Assembly (NCBI GenBank): GCA_965203805.1
Contig: OZ241917.1
Location: 5,472,001-5,536,000, forward strand
Reading direction: 5' to 3'
Origin: Candidatus Latescibacterota bacterium
GTDB lineage: Bacteria > Latescibacterota > UBA2968 > GCA-2709665
Length of the DNA: 64,000 bases
The position numbers and the translations under genes are program-made. Shown here piece by piece: positions 54,126 to 64,000 of the stretch. Positions within the stretch are counted from its first letter, which is position 1. Every line of letters begins with the position of its first letter. A model generated the notes under the pieces. It was not told the origin of the DNA. It made no database searches and worked only from the letters and a program-made list of their open reading frames with translations.

Positions 54126-56600
54126 CTACCGACCGAAATGATTGGCGAACAGGATAAAGTCGGCGAAGTCGACGGCGCCGTTGGCGTTCAGGTCGAAGCG
54201 GAGGTCGCTGCCGCCGAAGGCCCTAGCGAAGAGCACAAAATCGGCGAATCCGACCTCGCCGTCACCGTCGAAGTCGGGTGTGGCCTCTATGGTGGCGGTG
54301 AAATGCACGGCGTCGAGCCCCCGGACTTTCGCCGCAACCTTGATTGGGCCGGGTTCGCCCCCTAAAATCAGCGTGGTTGCGGCCCGACCCGATGAATCGG
54401 TAGTAACATCCGACATGGCAAGCGTGCCGCTTCCCTCGGTGACGGAGAAGGTGACGTGAGATCCTGCCAACGGTTCACCATACTGGTCTCTTACCTGGAC
54501 GATCAGGGCGTCGGAAAGGCGCGCGCCAGGAATGTCCCTTTGTACGTCGCCCGCGACGACCGCCAATTCGCGAGGCCGAGGCTGCCATTCGACGGCATCC
54601 CACAGCTCAACTCCGTACGGCGATCCGGAGGCAAGGGTGTTTCCATCGGGAGAAAACACAACGACGTCGACTATTCCCCGGTGCGCGAGGGCGTCGACCT
54701 GCGTTCGAGTCCCTACGTGCCATAGCTTTACAACCTCACCCGAGGCGCAGGCGAGAATAACCCCATCGGGTGAGAACGCCATGGAACTGCCGCCTCGTAT
54801 GTTCTCGATTGTGCCGACGTGGCGCAACGTCTTCACATCCCAAAGCTTGACGAGGCCGTCCCATCCCGCCTTGGTGGCAAGGGTGCCGCCATAAAGTGTC
54901 GAGGAGGCTACGGCGCCGACCCAACCATCATGTCCTTCCCAGTCGGCGATCCGTTTCCCGGTTGACGCGTCCCACAGATAAAGCGTGCCGTCAGTCGAGC
55001 CTGATGCCAGACGTGCGCCATCGGGCGAGAAGGACACGGACGTCACCCTTGAGTCATGTTCGAGTTCGGCGTAATCTGCTCCCGTTGCGATATTCCACAG
55101 CTTTACCGTTTTGTTCCCGGACAGCACCGCCAGTGTCCCGCCACCAGGCGGCAGGAAGGCCACGTATCTGAAACGGTAGTCCCCCGGTTGTACATTAATG
55201 GTGGCGGTATTGGATCCCGTGGAAAGGTCCCACAGTTTGGCCGTACCGTTGTGCTCGGTGGCAAGCGTGGCGCCGTCCGGCGAGATCGCCACTGAGAAGG
55301 CCGTGGATTCACGCCCGAATCTCGCGATGATCTGTTGGTTCCGCAAGTCCCAGAACCTGACCGGGGAATTCAAGGCCCCCGAGACCAGTGCCGGCCGGGA
55401 CGGAGAGAACGCCAGGGAGGTGACTCCGGGTTCGTCCAGGGTGGCGACGTGGCGTTCCGAAAGCTGATACATTGGAATATACAGGCGACCTATCCTCCCG
55501 GACGTGTCGACGGCCCATACGTGCATCCGATGCACGATGGGGTCGGCGAGACTCGAGCGGTTATCGGAGGGGATGACGCCGTCGTAGTCGAATTCTACGA
55601 ACGCGGTGCGTTCGCCCGAAAAGGATCGACACGCCTTTACCTCCCGGTGACCCGCGGCGAAATGCGGAAGTCCAGACGTTGCGAAAAGGAATACCTGATG
55701 AAGTCCTCTTGCGTCTTCGATTCTGACCTGGATAGGAATGCTCTTTGAATCGGCAGCATAGCCAAGTGGTGATAATAGTTCGAAGGACGATAAAGATGAT
55801 CCTTTGGCTTCCGGGATGCTGTCGTCTAAAAAAGGGTGGACGGACAGAAACTCAGCTGCGCACGCGGATAGCCTCCGCCGGTTGCCCCCGCCGTAGGACA
55901 TGATGAACTCGTCGTCTCTGAAGTCGTGCTCCAGTCCGAAGGTGTGGCCGAGTTCGTGGGCAATCGTTGTCCATGAAAAAGAACCCGGTACCAAGACCCA
56001 TCCACCTTCTGCGGTCCGCGAGGCTACAGCGCCCGCCGGCCCGCCAAGGGTCGGTATTGTCTGGGCGCTCAAATCAATGACATTGATCTCAATTCGCGCT
56101 CTTCCTGCAGACCGCCAGATTTCTCCTACTGCGCCGCCTCCATTCAGATAGTGCACATCCGCGTGTTCCCCGACCACATCGCGAACCAGCGGTTCACCCT
56201 GGCGATCGGTTTCAAATCGAAACGTCCGATTCCCGTAGCCGTGCCTTTGCATCTCTGCCGCGAAAAATCCCTGAATCTGCTGGATCGTTTTCTTCATTGA
56301 GTCTACGACTTCGGCGCGAAAGGGACGGTCATTGGGCCGGAAATAGACCATTCGCACCGTCCGAGGGGCGTCCGCATTCAGAAAGACCGGCTTTGCGGCG
56401 GCGCCAGCGATGAGGTTCGGATCTTCCCGGGACTCGACTAACCGACAAAATGCCACGTCCTCCGCACCTGCAGGATTCGTAGTGGCGTATCCGGGCGGAA
56501 TCGAAGCCAGGAAAATGCCGGCAAGTGTAAGACAGCAGGCGGTCCGAAGCAACGCCCGATGGTTGATCGCCTGTCTCACAGTCGCAAACACCGTTTGCAA
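54126..56600 (-). CDS. Secreted metzincin-like protease + WD40 propeller + Ig-like (Big-1) + dockerin/EF-hand-like domain
   Basis: HELGHTFGLEH...IMSY; WD40 repeats (SFSPDG..LASGS.DG...LWD); VRDQYGEP...VTF; PDFDGDGEVGFADF. Confidence 0.85.
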   Translation of the reverse strand: MQTVFATVRQAINHRALLRTACCLTLAGIFLASIPPGYATTNPAGAEDVAFCRLVESREDPNLIAGAAAKPVFLNADAPRTVRMVYFRPNDRPFRAEVVDSMKKTIQQIQGFFAAEMQRHGYGNRTFRFETDRQGEPLVRDVVGEHADVHYLNGGGAVGEIWRSAGRARIEINVIDLSAQTIPTLGGPAGAVASRTAEGGWVLVPGSFSWTTIAHELGHTFGLEHDFRDDEFIMSYGGGNRRRLSACAAEFLSVHPFLDDSIPEAKGSSLSSFELLSPLGYAADSKSIPIQVRIEDARGLHQVFLFATSGLPHFAAGHREVKACRSFSGERTAFVEFDYDGVIPSDNRSSLADPIVHRMHVWAVDTSGRIGRLYIPMYQLSERHVATLDEPGVTSLAFSPSRPALVSGALNSPVRFWDLRNQQIIARFGRESTAFSVAISPDGATLATEHNGTAKLWDLSTGSNTATINVQPGDYRFRYVAFLPPGGGTLAVLSGNKTVKLWNIATGADYAELEHDSRVTSVSFSPDGARLASGSTDGTLYLWDASTGKRIADWEGHDGWVGAVASSTLYGGTLATKAGWDGLVKLWDVKTLRHVGTIENIRGGSSMAFSPDGVILACASGEVVKLWHVGTRTQVDALAHRGIVDVVVFSPDGNTLASGSPYGVELWDAVEWQPRPRELAVVAGDVQRDIPGARLSDALIVQVRDQYGEPLAGSHVTFSVTEGSGTLAMSDVTTDSSGRAATTLILGGEPGPIKVAAKVRGLDAVHFTATIEATPDFDGDGEVGFADFVLFARAFGGSDLRFDLNANGAVDFADFILFANHFGR

Positions 56601-56818
56601 AGTGCTTACCCTCGTTGCCTTGTGGCTGGCGCGCGATCGGGCCCGGCCACAAGACGGATAAGATCGTGCAATGAAACGTGGGGATGTCCCTCAAGGCAGG
56701 ATTGCCGCACCAAAGCGTCGAGCGCGAATCGCCCTTCAAATATCACTTCAGGGCAAATTGACCGCGGCCGAGTATGACCAGGTCTGGCGTTTCCAGTTCT
56801 GCCGAGTTTCCCGATAGA

Positions 56819-58759
56819 CTACCCCGCGACCTCTCTGGCGATGGCGACGCATTTGGCGGCGAAGGTGTCGTAGGCGGCCTGGAACTCGGCACTGGTTTTC
56901 TGCACGGAACCGAATTCCGGCCAGTCTCCGGGTTCCAGGCCCCGGGTCTGCCAGCCGGCAACGTCGATGCCGACGACGTTCTGCAGGAAGTCCTTGAGGG
57001 ACGGCGTGAGGTCGTACCCGCGGCAGAAATCGGGAAGTTCGCGCAGGCGCAGGTCCACGCCGGGCTCGTAGGAATCCAGCACCGCGTCACGGAAGTCCTC
57101 GAGGATGAAGCCGTCGGCTTCGGAGGCCATCTGAACGGCGCGCGCGTGGTTCGGAAATTCGGTGTTGCACATGTTGGACGCGCCCAGCGTGTGGAAGGAG
57201 TCTTCGGGAATGCGTTTGGAAGCGGGAAGGACGTCCATGGAATCCACGATCCACGTTGCCTGGTCGTCCGTGACGCCGAAGGTCCCGCGTAGATGGGCGA
57301 CCCACTTCGGCCGGTTCTCCGGGCTGAAGAAGACCCAGTAGACGCGGCGCGCCACCAGGGTGCCCGCTTTCTTCAGATCTTCTTCCAGCAGCAGGATCGC
57401 GTCCGCGGACTGGCCGGCGGCTTCGGCGGCCTCCAGGACGACGGGGTGATCGAGTGATTTGAGATTTGCGTAAGCGCAGACGGCCCCGGCCCTGTCTGAC
57501 AAAGACCCGTTCGACGCATCTCCGACTCCCAGGTCGTCCGCGAGGGCGCTAAGGAGTTCGCTCGCCCTGCCTTCGCCCGCCTTTGCCGCGGCGTTCAGGA
57601 AGATCTTCTCGGCTTCGACCTCCCGAAGGTGACTTACGAACCGGCCGCCCATGTTGGTTTCGTAGGTGCGCACGACCTGTTCACCCGCCTTTGCGGCCCG
57701 AGCCTTGCCCTCGAACGCATCCAGGATCAACTGGACTTCCTGGGCCACGGTGTAGACCACGGTATTGTTGGAACCGATGGCATTGCCGTTGAGCGTCGTC
57801 GTTATCTTTCGGGCGGCCTCGTGGCTGGCGGCGACTTTGAAGACGATGTTCGGGTTCACCCGGCCGGAGCGCTCGCCCAGGCCCAGCAGGCGGTCGTATC
57901 CTTCGAGGAAGTCGGCGGCCAGCCCGTACGCGTTTCCCGCATCCTCGATACTCGCGTCGGCCCGATCGGCGATGTTGGGATTGAGCTGGAAGCTGACCAT
58001 ATAGTCCTTGAGGTCCGTATGCACCGCGAGCGGCCGGAAGATGGACAGGTTGGGCCAGAGGGCGATGAGGGTGGCCGCCATGGCGATTTCATCTGCATGG
58101 CGCTCGGGATTCTCCATCCAGTTGTCGTGTTTCTCCACTTCGTCCTTGAGTTGATCGGCAAGCGAACCGTCTTCGTCGAATGCCTTGGCCGCCAATACAG
58201 GGTTGGTGGAGACCTGGCAAAACCCGTAGTGGCGGAGGTATTCCAGGCCTCGCGCGAAATCATTGCCGAATTTGCAAAAGTCGTCGCCGATCATTTCCCA
58301 GTAGACGCCGCTGCGCATCTGCCGTTTGAGCAGCGTCAGAAATGAGCCGCCCGGGGTTGCCGGTTTCAGGTCCGCTTCAATGCGTTCCGCGAGGAGGCCG
58401 GAGAGGCTGTCGCTCCCGTTGACGGACTTCATGTCGGCCAGGAATTCAGCAACGACGTCCGCCATGACGGCCCCTTCGAGATCGTCGACGGCGGATAGAA
58501 CCTGCTCGAGCGCCCCGTCGGCCTCGTCCGCCCCGTACCCCACGATCTCGGCGTCGCGCCCCACGAAGTTCATGCCGAGCCGGATCAGGGTTCGGCACAC
58601 GCCGTCGGCCGGGCAATCGTTGTTCTGAATCGCCGACAGGAGTTCGTCCACGCGGGTGTTCAGCGTGCCGGGCTGCGGATCGATGAGAATCCGGTCGGCG
58701 GCGGCGAGTGTATGCCCATTCTCGATGGCTTCCGCCACAGCTGAAGCGTCGATTGCCAT
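56819..58759 (-). CDS. Large transaldolase-family protein with N-terminal extension
   Basis: STNPVL, VSFQLNP, NIVFKVA (Schiff-base Lys), NNTVVYTVAQ, MGGRF. Confidence 0.72.
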   Translation of the reverse strand: MAIDASAVAEAIENGHTLAAADRILIDPQPGTLNTRVDELLSAIQNNDCPADGVCRTLIRLGMNFVGRDAEIVGYGADEADGALEQVLSAVDDLEGAVMADVVAEFLADMKSVNGSDSLSGLLAERIEADLKPATPGGSFLTLLKRQMRSGVYWEMIGDDFCKFGNDFARGLEYLRHYGFCQVSTNPVLAAKAFDEDGSLADQLKDEVEKHDNWMENPERHADEIAMAATLIALWPNLSIFRPLAVHTDLKDYMVSFQLNPNIADRADASIEDAGNAYGLAADFLEGYDRLLGLGERSGRVNPNIVFKVAASHEAARKITTTLNGNAIGSNNTVVYTVAQEVQLILDAFEGKARAAKAGEQVVRTYETNMGGRFVSHLREVEAEKIFLNAAAKAGEGRASELLSALADDLGVGDASNGSLSDRAGAVCAYANLKSLDHPVVLEAAEAAGQSADAILLLEEDLKKAGTLVARRVYWVFFSPENRPKWVAHLRGTFGVTDDQATWIVDSMDVLPASKRIPEDSFHTLGASNMCNTEFPNHARAVQMASEADGFILEDFRDAVLDSYEPGVDLRLRELPDFCRGYDLTPSLKDFLQNVVGIDVAGWQTRGLEPGDWPEFGSVQKTSAEFQAAYDTFAAKCVAIAREVAG

Positions 58760-58883
58760 TCCGGGCCTCCCTTCACATTACATAAGGTGCTCGATTGTTC
58801 CCGCTGCGTTTCATGTCTGTCGTCTTGCGCATCGGCGTTAACGCCGGCGAGCCGTCCGGTACCCGCCTGCCTCGCGAGATTCC

Positions 58884-59690
58884 TTACTCGATGCCCAGCA
58901 CGTCCCGCATGGTGAACATTCCCGGGGGCGCGTTCACGACAAACCGGATGGCCTCGAGGACACCCACGCCGTAGGAATCCCGGCTCTGCGCGCGGTGAAC
59001 CAGCTGGAAGATTTCGCCCGTGCCGCCGAAGATGACGGTATGCTCCCCGGCCAGGTCCCCGGCGCGGATGGCGTGGATGCCGATTTCATCCCCCGTGCGG
59101 GCGCCCACTTCTCCGTGGCGTCCGAAAAGGGCCACGTCCTCCAGGTTTCGACCCAGGCCAGTTGCCGCTGCCTTCGCCAGCGCGAGGGCGGTTCCGCTGG
59201 GCGCGTCGGTCTTGAAATGGTGATGCGCCTCGACGATTTCCACGTCGTACCCCCGGCCCATCATGCGCGCGGCGTCTTCGACGAGTTTCGTGAGTACGGT
59301 CACGCCGATGCTGAAGCTTGGCGCAAAGACGCAGGCGACGTCCCCAAGTGCCATTTCGAATTCGGCAAGTTGCTCTGGCGACATGCCCGTGGTGCCCACC
59401 ACCATGGGCCTGCCCGCTTTCCCGGCGATCCTTGCGGCGTCCAGCGTGCCGTCAGGGGGCGCGGTAAAGGCGACGACCACGTCGGCATTTTCGACAACGG
59501 ATTCCGGGCTGTCGACAACGTGGTGACCGGTGCGCGCGGTTCCCAGGATCTCGCCGATATCTCGTCCGATGGCCGGGTTGCCGGGTGCCTCCACCCCGCC
59601 GACGACTTCGAGGTCGACGGACTCCATGGCAAGATGGGCGATGCGCCCGCACATGCGTCCCGCGATGCCGCAGATAACCAGGTTTGTCAT
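58884..59690 (-). CDS. dapB: 4-hydroxy-tetrahydrodipicolinate reductase
   Basis: VVGTTG, EAHHHFKTDAPSGTA, GEHTVIF. Confidence 0.95.
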   Translation of the reverse strand: MTNLVICGIAGRMCGRIAHLAMESVDLEVVGGVEAPGNPAIGRDIGEILGTARTGHHVVDSPESVVENADVVVAFTAPPDGTLDAARIAGKAGRPMVVGTTGMSPEQLAEFEMALGDVACVFAPSFSIGVTVLTKLVEDAARMMGRGYDVEIVEAHHHFKTDAPSGTALALAKAAATGLGRNLEDVALFGRHGEVGARTGDEIGIHAIRAGDLAGEHTVIFGGTGEIFQLVHRAQSRDSYGVGVLEAIRFVVNAPPGMFTMRDVLGIE

Positions 59691-59728
59691 TTGGGTTCTC
59701 CGGGTGGTTTGCCTGCGCTCCCGGTTCT

Positions 59729-61522
59729 CTATGTTCTCAGTCGTTCCTCGAGAGCATCGAGTTCCGTCTGAAGTTCCGACGGCAGTCGATTGCCGAATCC
59801 CGCGTAAAACTCGCGGATATCCGGCAGTTCGGCGCGCCAGTCGTCCGGGTTCACGGAAAGCAGTTCCTCGACGTCGGCATCAGGGATGTCCAAGCCGTCC
59901 AGATCCAGGGCTTCGGGCGTGGGCACGAAGCCGATCGGGGTCTCGACCGCGTCGGCGGTTCCGTCTATCCGCTCGCAGATCCACTTGAGTACCCGACTGT
60001 TCTCGCCGAATCCGGGCCAGAGCCAGCCGCCACCGGTGTCTTTGCGGAACCAGTTCACGTAGAAGATCCTGGGCGCGTTGTCGCCCAGCCTGGCGCCGAT
60101 TTTGAACCAGTGGCTGAAATAGTCGCCCATATTATAGCCGCAGAATGGAAGCATTGCAAAGGGGTCTCTCCGCAGCTTGCCCACCGCCCCGGCAGCGGCG
60201 GCCGTGGTTTCGGACGCCATGATGGAGCCCAGGAAGACGCCGTGCCTCCAGTTCAATGCCTCGAATACGAGAGGGACGACCGTGGAGCGCCTGCCGCCGA
60301 AGATAAAGGCGGACATGGGGACCCCATCCGGATTCTCCCATTCCGGGTCGATAACGGGGCACTGCGCGGCGGGGGCGGTGTATCTCGCATTGGGATTCGA
60401 TGCCTTGTCGTCCGACGCCGGGGTCCAGGCGCGCCCGAGCCAGTCTTCCAGTTGGGGCGGCGGGTCGTCCGTCATCTCTTCCCACCAGACGTCGCCTTCC
60501 GGGGTGAGCGCCGTGTTGGTGAAGAGGCTGTTCTTTTCAAGGGCGGCCATGGCGTGCCCGTTGGACTTCATGCTGGTACCCGGAGCGACACCGAAGAATC
60601 CGGCTTCGGGGTTGATCGCCCGCAGCCTGCCGTCGGGGTCCTGGCGCATCCACGCGATGTCGTCGCCGACGCAACTGGCCTTCCAGCCCGGGACCGTGGG
60701 CTGCAGCATGGCCAGGTTCGTTTTTCCGCACGCGGACGGAAAGGCGGCCCCGATGTAATGTTTCCTGTTCGCGGGCGACGTGAGACCCAGGATGAGCATG
60801 TGCTCGGCCATCCAGCCCTCGTCCCGCGCCATGGTCGAAGCGATCCGGAGAGCGAAACATTTCTTGCCGAGCAGCGCATTGCCGCCGTAGCCCGAGCCGT
60901 AGGACCAGATGGACGGCTCGTCGGGGAAGTGGACGATGTATTTCTGATTGGCGTCGCAGGGCCACGACACATCGGCCTGACCGGGCTCGAGGGGGGCGCC
61001 CACGGAATGCATGCAGGGAAGAAAGTCGCCGTCGGCGAGCGCATGCAGCACTGCGTCGCCCGTCCGGGTCATGATGAACATGCTGCAAACGACGTACGGC
61101 GAGTCAGAGATTTCGACGCCGATCTTGGACGTGGCCGAACCGATCGGCCCCATGGAGAACGGGATGACGTACATCGTCCGTCCGCGCATGGAACCGGCGA
61201 ACAGTCCCTTCAACGTGCGTTTCATCCCAACGGGTTCGCGCCAGTTGTTGGTGGGGCCCACGTCTTCTTCGATCGGAGTACAGATATACGTGCGGTCTTC
61301 CACCCGCGCGACGTCGCCGGCGTCCGAACGGGCGAGAAAGCTGTTGGGCCGCCGGTCCGGATTCAGCCGGATAAAGGTTCCCGCACGGCACAGCACGTCG
61401 GCAAGCCGATCGTACTCTTCCCGGGATCCGTTGCACCAGTAAACGTCATCAGGTTGGCAGAGTTTCGCGGCTTCGTCGACCCAGTTCAGCAGTTTACGGT
61501 TCGTGGTACGTGCGTTTCTCAT
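59729..61522 (-). CDS. pckG: PEP carboxykinase (GTP)
   Basis: [45 protein letters not shown]. Confidence 0.97.
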   Translation of the reverse strand: MRNARTTNRKLLNWVDEAAKLCQPDDVYWCNGSREEYDRLADVLCRAGTFIRLNPDRRPNSFLARSDAGDVARVEDRTYICTPIEEDVGPTNNWREPVGMKRTLKGLFAGSMRGRTMYVIPFSMGPIGSATSKIGVEISDSPYVVCSMFIMTRTGDAVLHALADGDFLPCMHSVGAPLEPGQADVSWPCDANQKYIVHFPDEPSIWSYGSGYGGNALLGKKCFALRIASTMARDEGWMAEHMLILGLTSPANRKHYIGAAFPSACGKTNLAMLQPTVPGWKASCVGDDIAWMRQDPDGRLRAINPEAGFFGVAPGTSMKSNGHAMAALEKNSLFTNTALTPEGDVWWEEMTDDPPPQLEDWLGRAWTPASDDKASNPNARYTAPAAQCPVIDPEWENPDGVPMSAFIFGGRRSTVVPLVFEALNWRHGVFLGSIMASETTAAAAGAVGKLRRDPFAMLPFCGYNMGDYFSHWFKIGARLGDNAPRIFYVNWFRKDTGGGWLWPGFGENSRVLKWICERIDGTADAVETPIGFVPTPEALDLDGLDIPDADVEELLSVNPDDWRAELPDIREFYAGFGNRLPSELQTELDALEERLRT

Positions 61523-61546
61523 TCTACTCCTTCCAGGCTTTGCGTT

Positions 61547-62584
61547 TTAGTCTGCGTACGCCAGGTCTTCGAGAACAGAGGCGTCCGAGACGCGGTTTGA
61601 AATGTCCACATTGAAGAATTGTTCGATGGGCGCAAAGAGTTCAGGGTTATTGTCCTGCACGGTTCGCGCGATTTCAAGCACCTGGTTCAGACCGCCCCGG
61701 TTCATCCGGCCAAGCGGCCGCCGGCACGGTCCGGCCGGCATGCCGAGGATATTCATCAACGTCTTTATGGGCACGGGGTTGCGGGCTTTGACCTGCGTCG
61801 TTCCGAAGGCCGTCTCTTCGTCCGAAAGGACGGTGACCATTCCGAAGAGGGGTTTGAGCGCGTCCGCAAGGCGGTCCGCTTCATCCATATCGCCTTTGAG
61901 GATCGCCTGCGTGAAACGCTGAATGGGACCGGGGACCACGTTGGACATCACGGAAATGACTCCGGCTGCGCGGATTCGGGCGTCGGTCATCATGGCGTAG
62001 GTGATGTCGTCGTCCCCTGAGAGAATGTAGAAGTCGTCCCCGCAGACTTCACGCGTCCGGGCCATATTTTTCAGGTCGCCCGTGGCTTCTTTGACGGCGT
62101 TCACGTTGTCGCAGCCGCGGTGCAGAATGGCCAGGTCTTCCGGGAGCAGTTTCGTTCCCGAGCGTCCCGGAATGACGTAGGAGACCATCTGAATCTCGGG
62201 AAAGGCTTCCGCGACGGGCGCGACGTATTCCCGGCGGATTTCAAGCGAACTGGGACCGTTGTAATAGGGATCCACCAGCAGGGCGGTATCGGCGCCGGCG
62301 TGCGCGGCGTGCTCCGTGGCGCGCAGCGTTTCCTCCGTGGAATTCCCTCCGGTGCCGGCAATGGCGCGGCACTTCCCCCGGGCCAGCGCGCAGACCCGAT
62401 CCGTGACGCTGTTGTGTTCTCCACTGTTGAGGGTTGGACTTTCGCCGGTGGTACCCACCGCCAGAACGCCGCTGACACCCTGTGATATCTGGAAATCGAC
62501 CAGCTTTTCCAACCCCGGTTCGTCCACGCCTTTGTCGGCGTCCAGGGGAGTGATGAGGGCCGTATAACACCCGCTGAATAACAT
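61547..62584 (-). CDS. dapA: 4-hydroxy-tetrahydrodipicolinate synthase
   Basis: ALITP, GTTGESPTL, PYYN, Y.IPGRSG, VKEATG, LSGDD. Confidence 0.93.
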   Translation of the reverse strand: MLFSGCYTALITPLDADKGVDEPGLEKLVDFQISQGVSGVLAVGTTGESPTLNSGEHNSVTDRVCALARGKCRAIAGTGGNSTEETLRATEHAAHAGADTALLVDPYYNGPSSLEIRREYVAPVAEAFPEIQMVSYVIPGRSGTKLLPEDLAILHRGCDNVNAVKEATGDLKNMARTREVCGDDFYILSGDDDITYAMMTDARIRAAGVISVMSNVVPGPIQRFTQAILKGDMDEADRLADALKPLFGMVTVLSDEETAFGTTQVKARNPVPIKTLMNILGMPAGPCRRPLGRMNRGGLNQVLEIARTVQDNNPELFAPIEQFFNVDISNRVSDASVLEDLAYAD

Positions 62585-62633
62585 GGGGTCACCTCCAGGT
62601 GGAATTGGGGGAAACCGGAAACCCCATCAGGGC

Positions 62634-62679
62634 AAAAAAAACAGCCGGTTCCCGAAGAGGATGGAGGCAAGGCCGGCCG
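62634..62679 (-). terminator. Riboswitch-controlled intrinsic terminator
   Basis: CGGCCGG/CCGGCTG stem plus T8 on the minus strand between aptamer and dapA. Confidence 0.65.
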
Positions 62680-62701
62680 TGCAAGTTCCAGCATGGATGG
62701 C

Positions 62702-62878
62702 GCAAGAGAGCGCTCCACGGAGGTTTCCGTGACAGTCCAGCGGATCTTATCCGAGTGGACCAGCCCCGTTCTGCGGCGGAGCAGATTCGGGACTTCGGCA
62801 GGCTTCCCCTTTCACCGATGCGATGGTTACGCCTCGTTATCACCGGGTACTTTTGAAAACCTGCGCCTCTACCCTTGC
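62702..62878 (-). ncRNA. Lysine riboswitch (L-box)
   Basis: Minus strand reads AGAGGCGC...AGTA...GAAAGGGG...GCCGAA...CTGG...ACTGTC...GGAGCGCT with P1 GCAAGGG/CTCTTGC; upstream of dapA. Confidence 0.92.
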
Positions 62879-62890
62879 CTGTCGGAAGAC

Positions 62891-62919
62891 AAATTAGCCA
62901 ATGGTCAGGCCTGTGTCAA
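62891..62919 (-). promoter_or_regulatory. Promoter of the lysine-riboswitch operon
   Basis: TTGACA-N17-TAATTT on the minus strand just upstream of the aptamer. Confidence 0.6.
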
Positions 62920-63320
62920 GTGGAAAGATGGAACGCGGAACCCCACGTCGGGTGATCGAGGGGGACCGGGACGCCCGTCAAGTCGCGAAATGTGCGATCT
63001 GTCGACCTGTTTTCACTTTTCTTTGTCCACTCCGTAGCCTATATTCCGTCTTTCGGTTTCCGGCGGTCTGTCGGCCATGAACGGGCTGCCCGCCGGCTAA
63101 CAGCCCGTTGATAAAGTCCATCCGGTCTGCGTCCGGCCCTTGTGACCGAAATACGGCGTTGCCTGCCTGCGCCAAGCGAAGCGCGGCAGGCAGGCGCTCC
63201 CTCCCCGAATCCAGGGATTCGCGTCGGTCACGCGCCTTGTCTTCGGCCACAATGACTCGGCCTCGCCTGCAGAGCGACTTTTTCAACGGACTGCTATGGC
63301 TATCCCACGGAAGGATGATT

Positions 63321-64000
63321 ATGCATCCCGGTGAACCGCAGCGATATACGTTGAATAATGGAATAGAGGTCGTCGCCGAGTCCATGCCCGGCGCTCAATC
63401 CGTTGTGGTTGGGTTCCGTTTCGGCTTCGGGGCGAAAGACGACCCTGCCGACCGGCTGGGCCTGGCCTGGGTCGCCGAAGAAACGCTTCTGAAGGGCACG
63501 TCGACGCGGGACGCGCGCTCGATCTACGACGCCTTCGATTCCCTGGGCGTACGACGCGGCTCCGCGACGGCCGTTGAATTCACGGAATTCCAGGCGCAGC
63601 TCCTGCCCAGGCATTTTACCGAAGGCCTCAGGCTTTACGCCGAAGTGTTCCGCAGCGCATCATTTCCCGATGAACAGGTTGAGGTGACGAAAGCGCTTGC
63701 GCTAGAGGAACTGAAGCGACTGGAAGACAATCCGACGCATCAGGTTATGTATATGGCCTATCAGGCCGCGTTGGGGGATCCGATGGGGCGGAATCCGCTG
63801 GGAGAAGCCCCGACGATTACCGCCATCGACCCGTCCGACGTCCGAGGTTTCTGGCGGCGGCTGTGCGGCCCGCAGCGTCTTCTGATTTCTGTGGCCGGCG
63901 GACTGAAGGCGGAAGAGATGTTCAGCGGCCTGGAGGAGGCTTTCGGCGACTGGAGCGGGTCCTGGCCGGCGCCCGGCGATCCGCAACCGGTGTCCGTGGC
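63321..64000 (+). CDS. M16 (pitrilysin-family) protein, 3'-truncated, probably a non-catalytic subunit
   Basis: Manual translation: YTLNNGIEVV...GAKDDP..RLGLAWVAEETLLKGT (HxxEH replaced); frame open to the window end. Confidence 0.8.
   Translation, partial: MHPGEPQRYTLNNGIEVVAESMPGAQSVVVGFRFGFGAKDDPADRLGLAWVAEETLLKGTSTRDARSIYDAFDSLGVRRGSATAVEFTEFQAQLLPRHFTEGLRLYAEVFRSASFPDEQVEVTKALALEELKRLEDNPTHQVMYMAYQAALGDPMGRNPLGEAPTITAIDPSDVRGFWRRLCGPQRLLISVAGGLKAEEMFSGLEEAFGDWSGSWPAPGDPQPVSV

Noticed and set aside
62978-63385. 135-aa minus-strand ORF upstream of the riboswitch
   Set aside because: No recognisable features and it overlaps the start of the M16 gene.

Overview
High-GC bacterial chromosomal window. 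GWxTD/TPR proteins, secreted proteins with a C-terminal dockerin/EF-hand-like domain and the gene style suggest an FCB-group organism such as Latescibacterota (inference only). Housekeeping blocks: purF-rnr, sodN, CIRCE-groESL, iscS-mrp-moeB, hlyD-ppdK-parAB-ftsY, tRNA-Lys, rpsT, FKBP PPIase, a sugar oxidoreductase cluster, pyrH-purD-purE, ybdK/amidohydrolase and a lysine-riboswitch dapA-pckG-dapB operon. A sulfur-assimilation locus (cysH ... cysM-mec-cysO-rrf2-cysK) is interrupted twice. The first interruption is a ~12 kb lower-GC island (secreted metalloprotease, DUF262/HNH protein, UvrD helicase, Dam-like MTase/C-protein/REase, HEPN-like protein, HigBA). The second is a stack of three IS630-family elements (IS, MITE, IS) at one CTAG in the rrf2 stop codon. 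The strongest unexplained signal is a family of four dispersed, modular, non-coding intergenic elements with inverted heptamer-repeat arms around conserved hairpin cores (16.3, 24.6, 27.4 and 48.2 kb). All calls come from manual motif recognition; no database searches were run.
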